Shown here one piece after another: positions 13,739 to 26,365 of a stretch of 64,000 bases of DNA (position 1 is its first letter; each line of letters begins with the position of its first letter). Position numbers and translations under genes: made by a program. Location: assembly GCA_951406725.2 (NCBI GenBank), contig OX597818.1, forward strand, positions 1,178,001-1,242,000, read 5' to 3'. This DNA comes from Octopus vulgaris (Eukaryota). The notes under the pieces are model-generated. The model was not told where the DNA came from. It saw only the letters and a list, made by a program, of their open reading frames with translations, and made no database searches.

Positions 13739-16700
13739 TCTATGTTTGACCTTTGCTTTATATTTGTACAAGTTGGCTCCAAGTCTCACCCAGAGACCTC
13801 AAGAGACAACAGGTTCGAAGTTCATGCTGTTGTTATGCCTAGTGTGCCATATATTGGGTGGGGGGGGGGGTTGTACTAATGAATGTCTAAAAAAATTTTT
13901 TTTAAACCGAAAATTATGTTTGTTTTAAACCTTGAGATTACATAGAAAGTATTTTGCGTAGGATATGAGCAGTTCCCATGAGCACTATCTTTTGAATTTC
14001 TGCCATTTTGGGGGTTTCCTGGTATCTGAGTTAGGTAGCAATCAGCCCCTTTTGCTATCATTCCCAGGGCACCTATGACAACAGGTATTGTTTTAGTCTT
14101 CAGGTTCCACATTTTGCTGATTTCTATTTCAAGATTTTTATATTTGCTCAGTTATTGGTAGGTCTTGACAGATACGTTTATATCGATTGGGAAAGTCATA
14201 TCAATGAGGAGGCATGTTCTTTGTTTGAAGTCTTTCAATATGATGTCTGGCCTATTTGCATCTATCTTTCTGTCAGTTTGAATAGTGAAGTTCCAGAGGA
14301 GTGAGATGTGGTCATTTTCAAGCTCTGGGGGTGGTTTGTGTTCCCACCAGTTTTTTTCATGGGGCAAATCCAGGTTTTTGCAGATTACCCAGTGAATATA
14401 TTGTGCAGCTCTATCGTGCCTGTTGAGATACTCTGTAGGCGCTAGAAGACTGCACTTGGAGACCACATGATCAATGGTTTCATTTTGTTGCTGGCATACA
14501 CGACACGTTGGACTGCTTCTGATCTTTAATATGTTGGCCTGGTAGTTTCTTGTTGGTAGGCATTGATCTTGAGCTGCTATGATAAACCCCTCTGTTTCAG
14601 ATTTTAACCAGAGGCCATTGGCCATTGGTGGGTCAGGGTTTTGTCAACATCTGCATTATTTGCTCTCTTTGGGTATTTGCCATTGAGAGGTTTTTCTTGC
14701 CATTTATCATTCAGAATATCTAAGGCTGCAGATTTAGCACGGGTTTTCATGCGCTTAGCTTTTTTTGTGCCTGTTTCTTGTATGTCTATCTCTAATTCCG
14801 AAATTTTTTGTATTCGGAATTCACTTAGATATTCCTTTGCCTGTTTTGTTACTGAGTATGATGCTTTCTTGTTTTCATGTTTTGAGACAATTTTTACATC
14901 CAGTCCTCAGAGTTTTTCAGGTAGGTGTCTAGGCCAATTGTAGCAATCTTCATTGTTATTGCCAGTTGTAAAAGTCCACGGCCTCCCTCTTTTCTTGGCA
15001 GATAAAGTCGTTCTGTATCTGCCTTAGGGTGGTGCATTCTATGCATTGTCAACAGCTTTCATATTTTTCTGTCAAGATTACATATTTCAGTAATTGACCA
15101 GTTAACGATATTGAAACTGTAAGTCACGACTGGTATGGCTAATGCATTGATCGCTTCGATCCTGTTTCTCGCATTCAGCTCTGTCTTGAGTATTGCTCTT
15201 ACTCTGCGATAACATTCTCTCCTGATCCTTTCCTTCATCTCTGAATGCCTTATTCCTTCTCCTTCAATTACCCCTAGATACTTGTAGTTCTCTGCTGGGT
15301 CTAATTCTTTTATGACATTCTGCTGGTCAAGGTTAACGTTAGATGTTTCTGTCATTTTTCCTTTGATAAAGGTAGCTTTTGCACACTTATCGAGGCCAAA
15401 TTGCATTCTGATGTCATCACTGAATTGTTTGACAATCGCTAGTAAGCCCTTGAGTTGTTGGTCATTTTTTGCAAAGAGCTTTAAATCATCCATGTAAATG
15501 AGATGATTTATATTTTTATCAAACATTTTATATCCGTACTGCGCGTCATTGAGCAGTTTTGAGAGAGGTATAAAGGCTAAACAGAAGAGGAGTGGTGATA
15601 GTGAGTCACCCTGGAAAATGCCACATGAAATTTTTACATCACCAGCATTTAGAGATTCATTGTCACTGTTCAAAGTTAGTGTGGTTCTCCATGATCTCAT
15701 ACTTACAGACAAAAAGTTTCGCAGAGCAGGTGCTATCTTATACATTTCTAGGCATTTCTTAATCCAGCTATGTGGTAGGCTATCAAAAGCCTTTTTATAG
15801 TCTATCCAGGCTATTGATAAGTTTTTGAGTCATTTGTGACAATCTTCTAAGATCATCTTATTGATGAGTAGTTGATCTTTACAACCATAGGATCCATGTT
15901 TACATCCTTTCTGTTCATTAGGGAATATGCTGTTGTCTGTCAAAAAACTATAGGTATATTCCGTCAGGACAGATGTTAGTGTTTTATACATAGTTGTTAA
16001 GCAGGTTATGGGTCTATAGTTTTTTGGTTCATTTGTTTCTTCACTTTTTGGAAGCAGGAATGTTAACCCATTAACTAGCCAAGGAGGCATCCTACTAGGG
16101 TGTTGCAAAAAATCTGTTAGCAGTTCATGGCTCTCTGGGAAGGCATTCAACCAAAAGTTAGGGATTTTATCCTTTCCTGGAGACTTCCATTTGCTTGACC
16201 TCCTGAGAGCAGATCTTATATCTTCTACCTTGACACCCTCCCACTTTTGCTCTTCTGAGGAGTCCAGTTCTTTAGATATTCTATCAATCCAGGGGCCTTT
16301 TCGTTGTGTGTTTTTTCTCCTACCCAAATTTTATTCCAAAATCCCCGCACTTCTTCTTTTGATGGTACAGACTTTACAGTAACTGTTGTTTTTCCTATCT
16401 TCCTGTAAACATTTTGGGGGTTATTTTTGAACATGTTGTTGTCCCTAAAGAATCTAACACGCTTTTCATATTTCGCTATGCGGGCAGCTTTAGCAGATAC
16501 CTTTTGCTTGATGGTTTCTATGATGGCATCAATATCAAGTATAGTTTTCATATTATATTTTTTCATTAGTTTTTGGGTTTTTGTAGGTTTGGTAGTCTTA
16601 TGAACCTTAAGGTTTTTCAAATATTCAATGTCAGATCTAAATAGTTTAATTTGTTGTTGCAAACGCTCTTGCCAAGAAGGCTTTTTGTGGAAATGTTGCC

Positions 16701-17537
16701 GTTTTCTAATCTTTTCACCACATAGGATCGTTAAGATTTTCGCGGATGCATATAGGTGGTTGAGATCTGTGATATCAACATCATTAGCTGAAATTATATC
16801 CTTAAGTGCAAGCCGGGTTTTACCAATTATTTTCATGTTTTGGTTAGAGTTGCGGATTTTAGGGAGTTTCTTTAATTTTCATTCATTCAATCATGATTTG
16901 ACTTTTTAGCTCATGTAGTTCTGTTGGGTCAATATTTGTGTGACTTTCTTCATCTATTTGATGTTCATCTGTCTTAGTGTTTATATTTGGCTCAGAGAGT
17001 ATTTCACTTTGCCTATCACTTATACTAACTCTTTCAATCCTTACTTCGTTTTTATTAGCTCTGAGCTAGTCTATAATTATTTCCTCTGTATTATCTTCTT
17101 TAGCTGCAGCTTCGTTCATTCTATCCGTTACTGCTTGTCTAATTTGATCAATCTCTACTTCAGCCAGTAATTTTTTTTATAATGTTTCTTCTGACGTTGC
17201 CAAGTTTGTTACTGTCTATGTAGGGTCTTACTTCAGGGTGTTTCTTTCTCCAGTTTATGTAGGTTTGTATAGTGTTCGATTTATCTGTGGGGAAATATGT
17301 GGCATGGTAGAAGGCCGCAAGAACTTCTTTATTATCTTCCCTAGTCCATTTTTCCTTCTTTTTCTTTTGAGTGTTTGGTGACGAGCATGGATGGCCATAT
17401 GTTGGAATATTCCAGTTGCGGGGTACGTCCAGCTCCTGTGTGTCGGGAAGATTTGATCCAGTAGCTGATTTTCAATCAGACTTTGGTTCAATTTTCGGGT
17501 ACGTGGTCTTTTGTAGTCCGCTCGCCGACCATCGCGG

Positions 17538-17538
<1 letters not shown>
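13738..17538 (-). mobile_element. R4/Dong-like RLE non-LTR retrotransposon, near full length, disrupted (copy 1)
   Basis: RT motifs GIFQGDSLSPLLF and HLIYMDDLKL; CCHC (CRVC..ETIDHVVSKC); RHD; RLE NRPDIILKD..LIDM. Both ends abut (TTA)n (13668-13737, 17539-17593). Confidence 0.92.
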
Positions 17539-17593
<55 letters not shown>

Positions 17594-17594
<1 letters not shown>

Positions 17595-17772
17595 GAGTGA
17601 GAGAGCAGTGCATTCCATCAAAGTGATACTGGGGTAAAATATACGAAGCCCAGTATACCCATCATGATTACCCGTCTGATAAGGCTACAACCGGCACATG
17701 CATCACAACCATATGTGCGCGACATGGAGATCTCGTATCAAGGTAAACAGAGCATGACCTGCATCAGTGCAT
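17594..17772 (-). mobile_element. 5'-truncated 3' UTR-only copy of the copy-2 retrotransposon family
   Basis: Direct repeat of 17808-17985, the 3' terminus of copy 2. Flanked by (TTA)n on both sides. Confidence 0.75.
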
Positions 17773-17807
17773 TTATTATTATTATTATTATTGTTGTTGT
17801 TTTTGTT

Positions 17808-20800
17808 ACTGAGTGAAAGAGAAGTGCATGCCACCAAAGTGACATTAGGGTAAAATGTACGAAGCCCAGCATACCCATCATGACTACCCGTCTGATAAGG
17901 GTACACCAGGCACATGAATCACAAACATGTGCGCGACATGGTGATCTCATATCAAGATAAACAACGCATGACTTTGCAGGTGGGGGTCCAGTTAGAATTT
18001 TCTTCAGGTCGAGTAGCCCATCTCACTCAAAAGATCCCTGAAGAAGGATTGTTTAAGGATGTTGAACGAAACACTCGTGTTTCCAGAGGTGAATTATCCA
18101 AAGCCCAAAGAATTCCTCTCAATACATGGCTATGATGCTCCCCCACTACTTTTGCTCGTGACCCGAGATGCACACATCATCAGCCACCAAGGGACATGCT
18201 CAACTGGTTACGGTCAAACAAATGACAAGCAAATCTGTGGTATGGAGCAGAATATTTGCTATAGCCAATCCTTTATACTAATACAAAACAATGTACTTTC
18301 AACCAGTTAAGATCAGAAGCCATGTGAGCCACAGTCTGCATCATCATCATCATCGTCGTCGTCGTCATTGCCTTTGCACAGCTTCTAACGCTGGAGATGT
18401 ACTATGGTGTCAGCTGTTCACTACCAGTGAACTAAGGTAACACCTCTTATTTTTCCAGCACCTTCCGGAGTATTCGAGCGGTTTCAAGCCATGTTGTTTT
18501 CTGCAAGTGCTCCGCCCTTATTGCAGCCCCTATTTGTTCCATGTACTTCTCAAAATATTTACTCACTGTTTCTAGGGCTTCGACAATTATTGGTACCACT
18601 ACCACCTTTTTCATCGACCACAACTGCTTTACCTTCCAAGCTAACCTGTCATACTTATCAACTGTTCTTTCTTCCTTATCGCATATATTGTCGTCAGCTG
18701 GGCATACTATATCTATGATCCAGCATAGTTTACTTTCTCTCTCAATTAAGACTATGTCTGGTTTCCTATTTTTTATATCATGGTCGCACTGAATCATAAA
18801 ATCTCACAGGATCTTTGCATTATCATTTTCGATGATGCCTTCGGGTTTGTGATTGTACCAATTTTTTTCTCTGTCAAGACCATACTTGTCGCAAAGCGTC
18901 CAATGGTCAAGCCTTGCTATATTGTTGTGGCGTCTTCTGGACTAGTGACGTATATTGGCTGGTAATATGCCATACGATTTCACCATTTTGTCTACAGATT
19001 CTGCACTTATCACTTTCTGATGTGTTGTCTACTCTGTATTTTATATAGTTTGTTTTTTGTGCTTGCTCTTGGGCAGCACAGATTAGAGCCTCCGTTTCCA
19101 GTTTTAAATCACTTTTAGCCATCCACAGCGATCTTTTTTCTCCGTATGTCTTATCTTTAACATCCCTATGAAATTGTCCATGCATTTATTTCTTTACCCA
19201 CCTACCTTCAGTTTCATTCGTTTTCAATTGCTTGTACAATGCTTTATCTTTGCAATCTTTCATCCTACACAAGCCTGACCTTCTTCTAGTAACAGCGCTT
19301 CTGTGGCATTTTTTTACATACCATGCTGTTGTTTTCTTCTGCTCTAATACTGTGTTCGCATCCAACAAGTCCTCTTCTCCCTCTTTTTCTTGGTACATAT
19401 AGTCTGTCTGTGTCACTTATTGGGTGGAGTGTACCATATCTAGTCAGCAACTTCCTTGTCTTTCTGTTTAAGCTGTTTAGTTCGTCTTCTGTCCATGCGA
19501 TTACCCCTGCTCCATATCTAAGGAGTGAAACCGCCCAGGTGTTGATACTTTCGATCTTATTTCGTCCATTTAATTTCGACTTAAGGATCAGTCTCAGTCT
19601 GCGCAAGCACTCCACCTAAAGTTTTTCTGTCATTTCTTTCTCCATCAATGTATCCATTTCCAAAACCCCCAAGTACTTGGGGGTCTCTTCTATCTGCTTC
19701 ATAACCTCACCCGACATATCGACAGCCCGTCCATACATTTGATTTTGCCTCTCTTCAAGACTAATAAACTATACTTTTTCAGTCCGAACTCCATTCTGAT
19801 ATCAGCACTGAAAGTATACACCATATAAACGAGGGAACTAACTTGGGATTCATCTTTACCATAAAGTTTCAGGTCATCCATGAATAACAAGTGGTTGACT
19901 TTTGTTGGCGGCTTTTGAATACATACCCAGCATTTGCTTTCTTCGGAATCAGTGTTAGTGGTATCATGCACAGTACAAGATTAGTGGGGACAGGCAGTCC
20001 CCGTGGAAGATGTTCCTCATGATTTCTACTGTCCCTAAACTTCTTCTATATACTGTCAGGTCCATCCTCCAATTCGCCATACTTTTTCCAAGCAATCGCT
20101 CAACATTCGATGCAATATCAAATAGGTTCATACATTCCATTATCCAAGAGTGTGGGATCATATCGTACGCCTTACAATAGTCGATCCATAACATGGCTAA
20201 GTTACTTTGCCTCCTCTTGCAGTCTCTAAGTACAGTTTTGTCTATCAGGAGTTGATCCTTGGTACCTCTGCACTTACGCTTGCAACCTTTCTGTTCACAA
20301 ACAGGATATCGGCCTGTAATTGTCTATCGTATTGCCTTTTCCGCTGTTTTTCAAGCCCAGCACTGTCCTACCCGATGTCCACCACTCTGGTGTTCCTTGG
20401 TTGGCATTTAACAAGGTGTTGAGTTGCGCAGTTATTCGTGCATGACATTCATCAAATCTTTTGATCCAGTAGCTTTGTACTCCATCTGGTCCCGAGGCCT
20501 TCCAGTTGCTCATTTTGTTGCTGATTTCCTTCACTTCCCTAACTGAAATGACTAGTTCTGTTTGTTTTGGACAGACTACTGTTTGTTTAAGGTCTTGCAA
20601 CCAATCAGCATTCTTCTTGTGCTCCTTGTCTTTGCTCCAGATGTCACTCCAAAACCTTTGACTGTCATTGTTATCTGGTATCAACTTTTTATCTGTACAC
20701 TCTCCATTTATTTCTTCATAGAATCTCTTCTGATCTACGCTGAATAAACTATTCTGGTGGCAACTGTTCATTCTTTGGTCGTATCTTACCATCTTTACTT

Positions 20801-21450
20801 TCTTTGCAGCAAGGCGCTGTTTCAGTTCTTCCATTACTATTTTCAAGCCCTTTCTTTCAATATTATACTTTCAGCGCCCTGTATTTTTGTTCGCTTTCTC
20901 TTTTCGGTCTAACACAGAAATTTCTTTCGAGAGCATATCTAAATTTGCCTGTATTCTTTTTTTCCACCATGGGTCTTTTCTTTTGTCACTCCCATTATAT
21001 TTCTTTTTCTTGACATCAATACCCACATTTTCTGCTACAACAATACTTGCAGCCTTGATCAAATTATTTGTTTCTGTGATGCTGTTTGTTCTGATGTATT
21101 TCAGAATATTATTGACATTTTTCGTTTCTTGGTTCAACTTCCACCGGTCAACTTTTTTAAGGTTGCATATAATGTCGCTATCGTTCTCCTGTAGTCTTGC
21201 CTTTATTCTGTTGTAGATTGTATTTTGTTCATCTGTCATGTCGCCCTTAGTTTTATTGTCTTTTTTTTAGATCATCTATATGTCTCTCATCAAGTAAACT
21301 ACCACTGTTCCTTTCCTGTGCTATGAGATTACTTTTATTAGTAATAACTGTATTATCATCGTTATTGCTACTGCTATTTTCCAAGACCCGTCTTTTGATG
21401 GACCAGCTCTACTTCTTTGAACCAACAATTTTTTCTTATTGCTCTAGCTT
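17808..21450 (-). mobile_element. R4/Dong-like RLE retrotransposon, second family, degenerate (copy 2)
   Basis: ORF pieces include [58 protein letters not shown] and RKPDIVLIE..IIDI. Stop at 18447, then a ~640-bp 3' UTR ending at TTA/TTG repeats. Confidence 0.88.
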
Positions 21451-21976
21451 GATCACATATTCTCAGGGGTTTTTTTGCATTTAATTGTGTTGTTACAATA
21501 GAAGGCATGTTTACATATTCGAGTAGTCAGGGAAAAGGAAAGATAAAATGTTCACACAAAATTGGAGATATTAAAGTTTCTAAATTTTTTTGCGATGTTC
21601 GTTTGTATTTCCGTTCAATAAAAAGGATCTTTACATTTTCGAATACTCAGGGAGAAAGGAAGGTAAAATTTAAAATTTACTAGAGATGATCTCTTGTCTG
21701 TCCAAACAGAGGAAACTGTAGTGTTCTTGGAATAAAGAGGATGTTTGCATTTCCGAATACTCAGGGAGAAAGGAAAGGATAGGTATTCACAGAAGTTGTA
21801 GATATTAAGGTTTTGAAGCTGATCGCCTATGTATGTATGTAAGTTTCTTAACTTATTTTGAGGGAAATTCAAAATGCTCACAGGAATTTGTAGATATTCC
21901 AGTCTTTGAGAGTAATTTTTCAGTTGTATTAGTGTTTCTGTGTCTTCAGCTGCTGACAGATCAGAGCAGCGAAGAA

Positions 21977-22100
21977 CACGTCCAGCCGCTGTCACGTCCA
22001 GCCGCTGTCACGTCCAGCCGCTGTCACGTCCAGCCGCTGTCACGTCCAGCCGCTGTCACGTCCAGCCGCTGTCACGTCCAGCCGCTGTCACGTCCAGCCG

Positions 22101-22101
<1 letters not shown>
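21977..22101. repeat. Perfect 16-bp minisatellite (CACGTCCAGCCGCTGT) x ~7.8
   Basis: Directly read; abuts (ATT)n at 22102. Confidence 0.95.
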
Positions 22102-22161
<60 letters not shown>

Positions 22162-23085
22162 TAGTTTTATTTTTATAGCGTGCTTTCACTTCACTACCGA
22201 GCGCAGCTCTGTGTGCCTTGGGTATGTGCTGTGGTTTGTTGTGATGCTCTGTTGGTTATTGTATGGAAAGTGTTCTGCGTAGGATATGTGCAGTGCCTAG
22301 TAGTGCAATTTTCTGTATGTTATATGTGTTTGTAAGTCCTGGTGTTTTTGTTATGTATTTGTCTGAATATTTTTTTATCATGCCTAATGCACCTACTATG
22401 ATAGGAATTGTTTCTGTTTTTAGATTCCACATTCTGGTTATCTCTATTTCCAGGTCTTTGTATTTTGAGAGTTTCTTCATTTCTTTTAGAGACACGTTGT
22501 CATCTGCCGGTATTGATACATCAATTAGAAAGCATTTTTTTCCTTCATGATCTCTGACAACTATATCTGGTCTGTTGGCCTTAATTTCTCTATCTGTGTG
22601 TATCGGCATATCCCAGAGTATGGTTGCTTTCTCGTTTTCTGTGACCTTTTCTGGTGTGTGCCTATACCATCTTTTTTCTGTTGTTATTCCATAATGTTGG
22701 CATAGCTTCCAATGTATGTAGATTCCAACTCTGTCATGTCTGTGAATATATTCCTTCTTAGCCAGGACTGGGCAGCTAGAGATAATATGATTTATTGGTT
22801 TTTGTCCATCTCCACATATTCTGCAGTTACTTGTTATATTTCTTTTCATTACATGTTTTTGGTAATTTCTAGTGGGGAGACTTTGGTCTTGTGCTGCAAT
22901 TAAAAATCCCTCTGTTTCTGCTTTGAGTCCTGAGCTTCTCAACCATTGCTGGGATTTTTCTTTGTCTATTTCTTTTGCGTTTAGTTTAGTCCAGTATTTA
23001 CCACGAAGAGGCTTTTCTTGCCATCGTTTTATCATGGTTCGTTGCTGTTCTATTTTTAGTTTGGATTTCATCTGTTTTATAGCTT

Positions 23086-23210
23086 TTCTTCTTCTTCTTC
23101 TTCTTCTTCTTCTTCTTCTTCTTCTTCTTCTTCTTCTTCTTCTTCTTCTTCTTCTTCTTCTTCTTCTTCTTCTTCTTCTTCTTCTTCTTCTTCTTCTTCT
23201 TTTCTTCTTC
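23086..23210. repeat. (TTC)n expansion inside the retrotransposon ORF
   Basis: ~40 GAA units on the coding strand between the RT thumb and the CCHC region. The reading frame shifts across the tract. Confidence 0.95.
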
Positions 23211-26208
23211 ATATTTATTAGGCGGTATGATTTCTTGTTTGTATTTGTCAGCTTCCTTAAATACTGAGAACAGTTTTTTGTTTTGCTCGTGTTTTGCCGC
23301 TATTTGTATCAGTTTTCCTTCCTTCTGAAGTAGATATTTTTGCAGTCCTATGGTGGTTATTTTATAGTAGTTTTCCAGTTGTATAAGGCCTCTACCACCT
23401 TCTATACGTTGTATATATAGTCTTTCTATGTCAGATGCTGGGTGATGCATCCTAGATCCTGTCATTATTTTTCTTGTTTTCCTATCTATTTTGCTCAGTT
23501 CATTTAGTGTCCAGTTAAGGATATTGTAGCTGTAACTTATAACTGGGACAGCTAAAGTGTTAATACCTATTATATTGTTTTTAGCATTGAGCTCTGTTTT
23601 TAGTATTGATCTAACTCGTCTATAATATTCTTTTTTTATTTTTTCTTTCATTTGTGTGTGTTGTGTCTTATCTAGTTCATGGATTCCTAAGTATTTGTAA
23701 GTTTGGCTTTGGTCTAATTCTTTTATTTCATTGGTTTTATCTAGTGTGATGTTGCTACTCTTAACTAGTTTTCCTCTTTTCATGGTTACTTTGGCGCATT
23801 TTTTCTAATCCAAATTTCATATCTATTTCTTTGGTAAATCCATGAACTGTCTTTAATAGTGTTTCCAGCTGTTTGTCATTTGCAGCGTATAGTTTTAGGT
23901 CATCCATATATAAAAGGTGGCTGATCGTTTTGCCGTAACATTTATATCCGCATCCAGTTCTATTTAGCATATCAGATAGAGGTGACAGTGCCAAGCAGAA
24001 AAGGAGTGGAGAGAGCGTGTCTCCCTGGAATATTCCTCTTCTAATGGGGATGTCTTTGGTTTTCATGGGCCCCTCTTTTGTTTGGAGGTGTAGCACTGTT
24101 TGCCATTTATTCATAGAGTGCCCTATGAATTTTATGATTGTTGGTGCTACTTTGTTAATGGCTAGTGTTTCGAGGATCCATGTGTGGGGGATGCTATCAA
24201 ACGCCTTTTTGTAGTCGATTCAGGCCATACTGAGGCCTTTCTTCTTTCTGTGGCTGTCTTCAGTTATGGCTTTATTAATCATTAGTTGATCTTTGCAGCC
24301 ATATGAGCCTTTGCGGTATCCTTTCTGCTCTTCTGGGAACAGTTTGTTTTCGTCCAGGTGCTTGTTCAACCTTTGCGATATCACTGCAGTAAATGCCTTG
24401 AACATTGTAGGGAGACAGGTTATTGGTCTGTAGTTTTCTGGTTTTGCTGTCTCATTTGATTTGGGAATTAAGATGGTTTTCCCCTTCGTGAGCCATTCAG
24501 GCATTGTCTCTGGCTCTGCTAGTATGTTGTTAAGATTTTCAGCCAGCTTTTTGTGCATTCCTGTTAGATATTTCAACCAGAAGTTGGGGATCTTGTCATG
24601 CCCAGGTGTCTTCCAGTTGCTTAGTCTTTGCAGTGCCTGGGTGACCTCTTCAGTTGTTATGGGGGTCCAAAGTTGTTCAGATGCCGAGTTTGTTATTTTG
24701 ATACTTCTTTTTTTGGTTGTTCGTTCGCCGACCATATTTCTCTCCAGAATTCTTCCACTTCTTCTGCCGTTGGTGCTGCAGTGATTTCTATTTTATTTTT
24801 GCCAAGTTCTTGGTAGAACTTTTTTGGGGTTGGAGTTGAACTTTTCGTTTTGTTCAAAAAAGCGCTGGCGTTTCTCGTCCCGGCGGATCCTTTGTGCTTT
24901 GGCAAGGATATCTTGCTTCAGCTTTTCTTTTATCTCAGGTAAATCTTTTTCTGTGATGTTATATTTGCGGAGTATTTTTGTTTTCTTTTTGTTGCTCAGT
25001 AGCGTTGATTGTCTGTTGATTTCATTAAGAATCGACAGATGTTTTCTCATTTTTTGTATTTTGGTTTGGATGTTATTTATCCACAGGGTTTGTTTGGGTG
25101 GTGGTACTCCTGTTTGGATGGGTTTGAGTGAGTATCCAGCTTCTTTTGTGGCTGCAGTGGCTGCTGCGTATACTAAGTCATTTAGCTCAGTGATATCGCT
25201 TTTTGTTTCAGTGGCTATTAGTTCCGTGACGGCTAGGTTTATGCTGTTTATAATTGGTGTTGTTGTTTCGTCTATTTTGATTCTTGGGAGGTATGGTCGG
25301 TGGTCCATTTTGAGCTCTGTGGTTTTCAGTTCTTTGATTATTTTACTTTTTATATTATCATAATCATTAGGCTCCCCTTCGTTGTTTACATCGTGTTTGT
25401 TGGGAATGTTACGTTTGTCTTCGTGTTTTACTGTTTCAGTGTTTATATTATTGGGCATTGTTGTGTGGCTTCTATCTACATTTTCCTGGTGTATTTTTTC
25501 TTTTAGATGTTCTATTTCTATTTCTGATATTTTTTTGCGTTGAGAATGTATCTTCGTACGTTAGCTAATTTATTAGGGTTCATTGTTGTATCCAAGTCTA
25601 TATTTATGTTATTTTCCTTCCATATTTTATATGTATGTGTTGTTGTGTTTTCATTTTTTGGGTAGAGCACTGCTGTGAAGTATGCGTGTAAGATAGAAAT
25701 GTATTCCTCACGTGTCCATTTATGTCTTTTGGGTTTTATTTGCGGGACATGAGGAACAACGTCCGGCCCATTATTTTGACGGTCGTCATTTTCGTAGGGT
25801 ACCGGTCCGTTCATTTCTGTTGTCACATTGTTTTGCACGTGTAGTGTTTCGTACAATTTGTGTTGTAAGTTTAAAGTACGTACCGCTCGATTGTTATTCT
25901 TGGGTTGAATAATATCGGTGGCATTTAATTTCTTCGTAGTTCCTTTGTACATGGTGTTTGGGGTCGGGGATGATCTGGTGTTGATGGATCGTGATGTTCC
26001 ACGCATGTTTACATGTGTTGTGTTAGAGGTGGAGATGATATCGAGTCAAAATACATCATTTCGTTTCGAAAATAGTAATAAGTTTCAATTAGTATTACTT
26101 ACTCGGATACAGTCTAATCCTTTGTTAGTAAATCTTTGGCTCCATACGATGTCCTTGTTTTCGATGTTTGTGTATAGATTTCGGAGCTCTGTTTTTACCT
26201 TCTTACAT

Positions 26209-26276
26209 CTTAAACGTCCCCCGGTGTTCCTTCTCTTAAACGTTCCCCGGTGTTCCTTCTCTTAAACGTCTCCCGG

Positions 26277-26278
<2 letters not shown>
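26209..26278. repeat. 26-bp tandem repeat (~2.7 units) at the 5' terminus of copy 3
   Basis: Units of CTTAAACGTYYCCCGGTGTTCCTTCT directly adjacent to (TTA)n. Confidence 0.85.

Positions 26279-26363
<85 letters not shown>

Positions 26364-26365
<2 letters not shown>

Larger units (their letters stand above)
22159..26278 (-). mobile_element. R4/Dong-like RLE retrotransposon, full length, few lesions (copy 3)
   Basis: N-terminal Myb-like KWTREE...NKLANVRR; RT motifs NYRPITCL, GIFQGDTLSPLLF and YMDDLKL; CRICG..NHIISSC; RHD; NRPDIVV..LIDVSIP..KLSKY; stop at 22256. Flanked by (TTA)n at 22102-22158 and 26279-26363. Confidence 0.95.

Noticed and set aside
21977-22101. Regular short repeats resembling a CRISPR array
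   Set aside because: Units are contiguous with no unique spacers, the context is eukaryotic and there are no cas genes.
24215-24225. In-frame TGA in copy-3 RT (SMA*IDY) as recoding
   Set aside because: It replaces a conserved Trp (TGG>TGA) in a copy with other lesions; an ordinary nonsense mutation.
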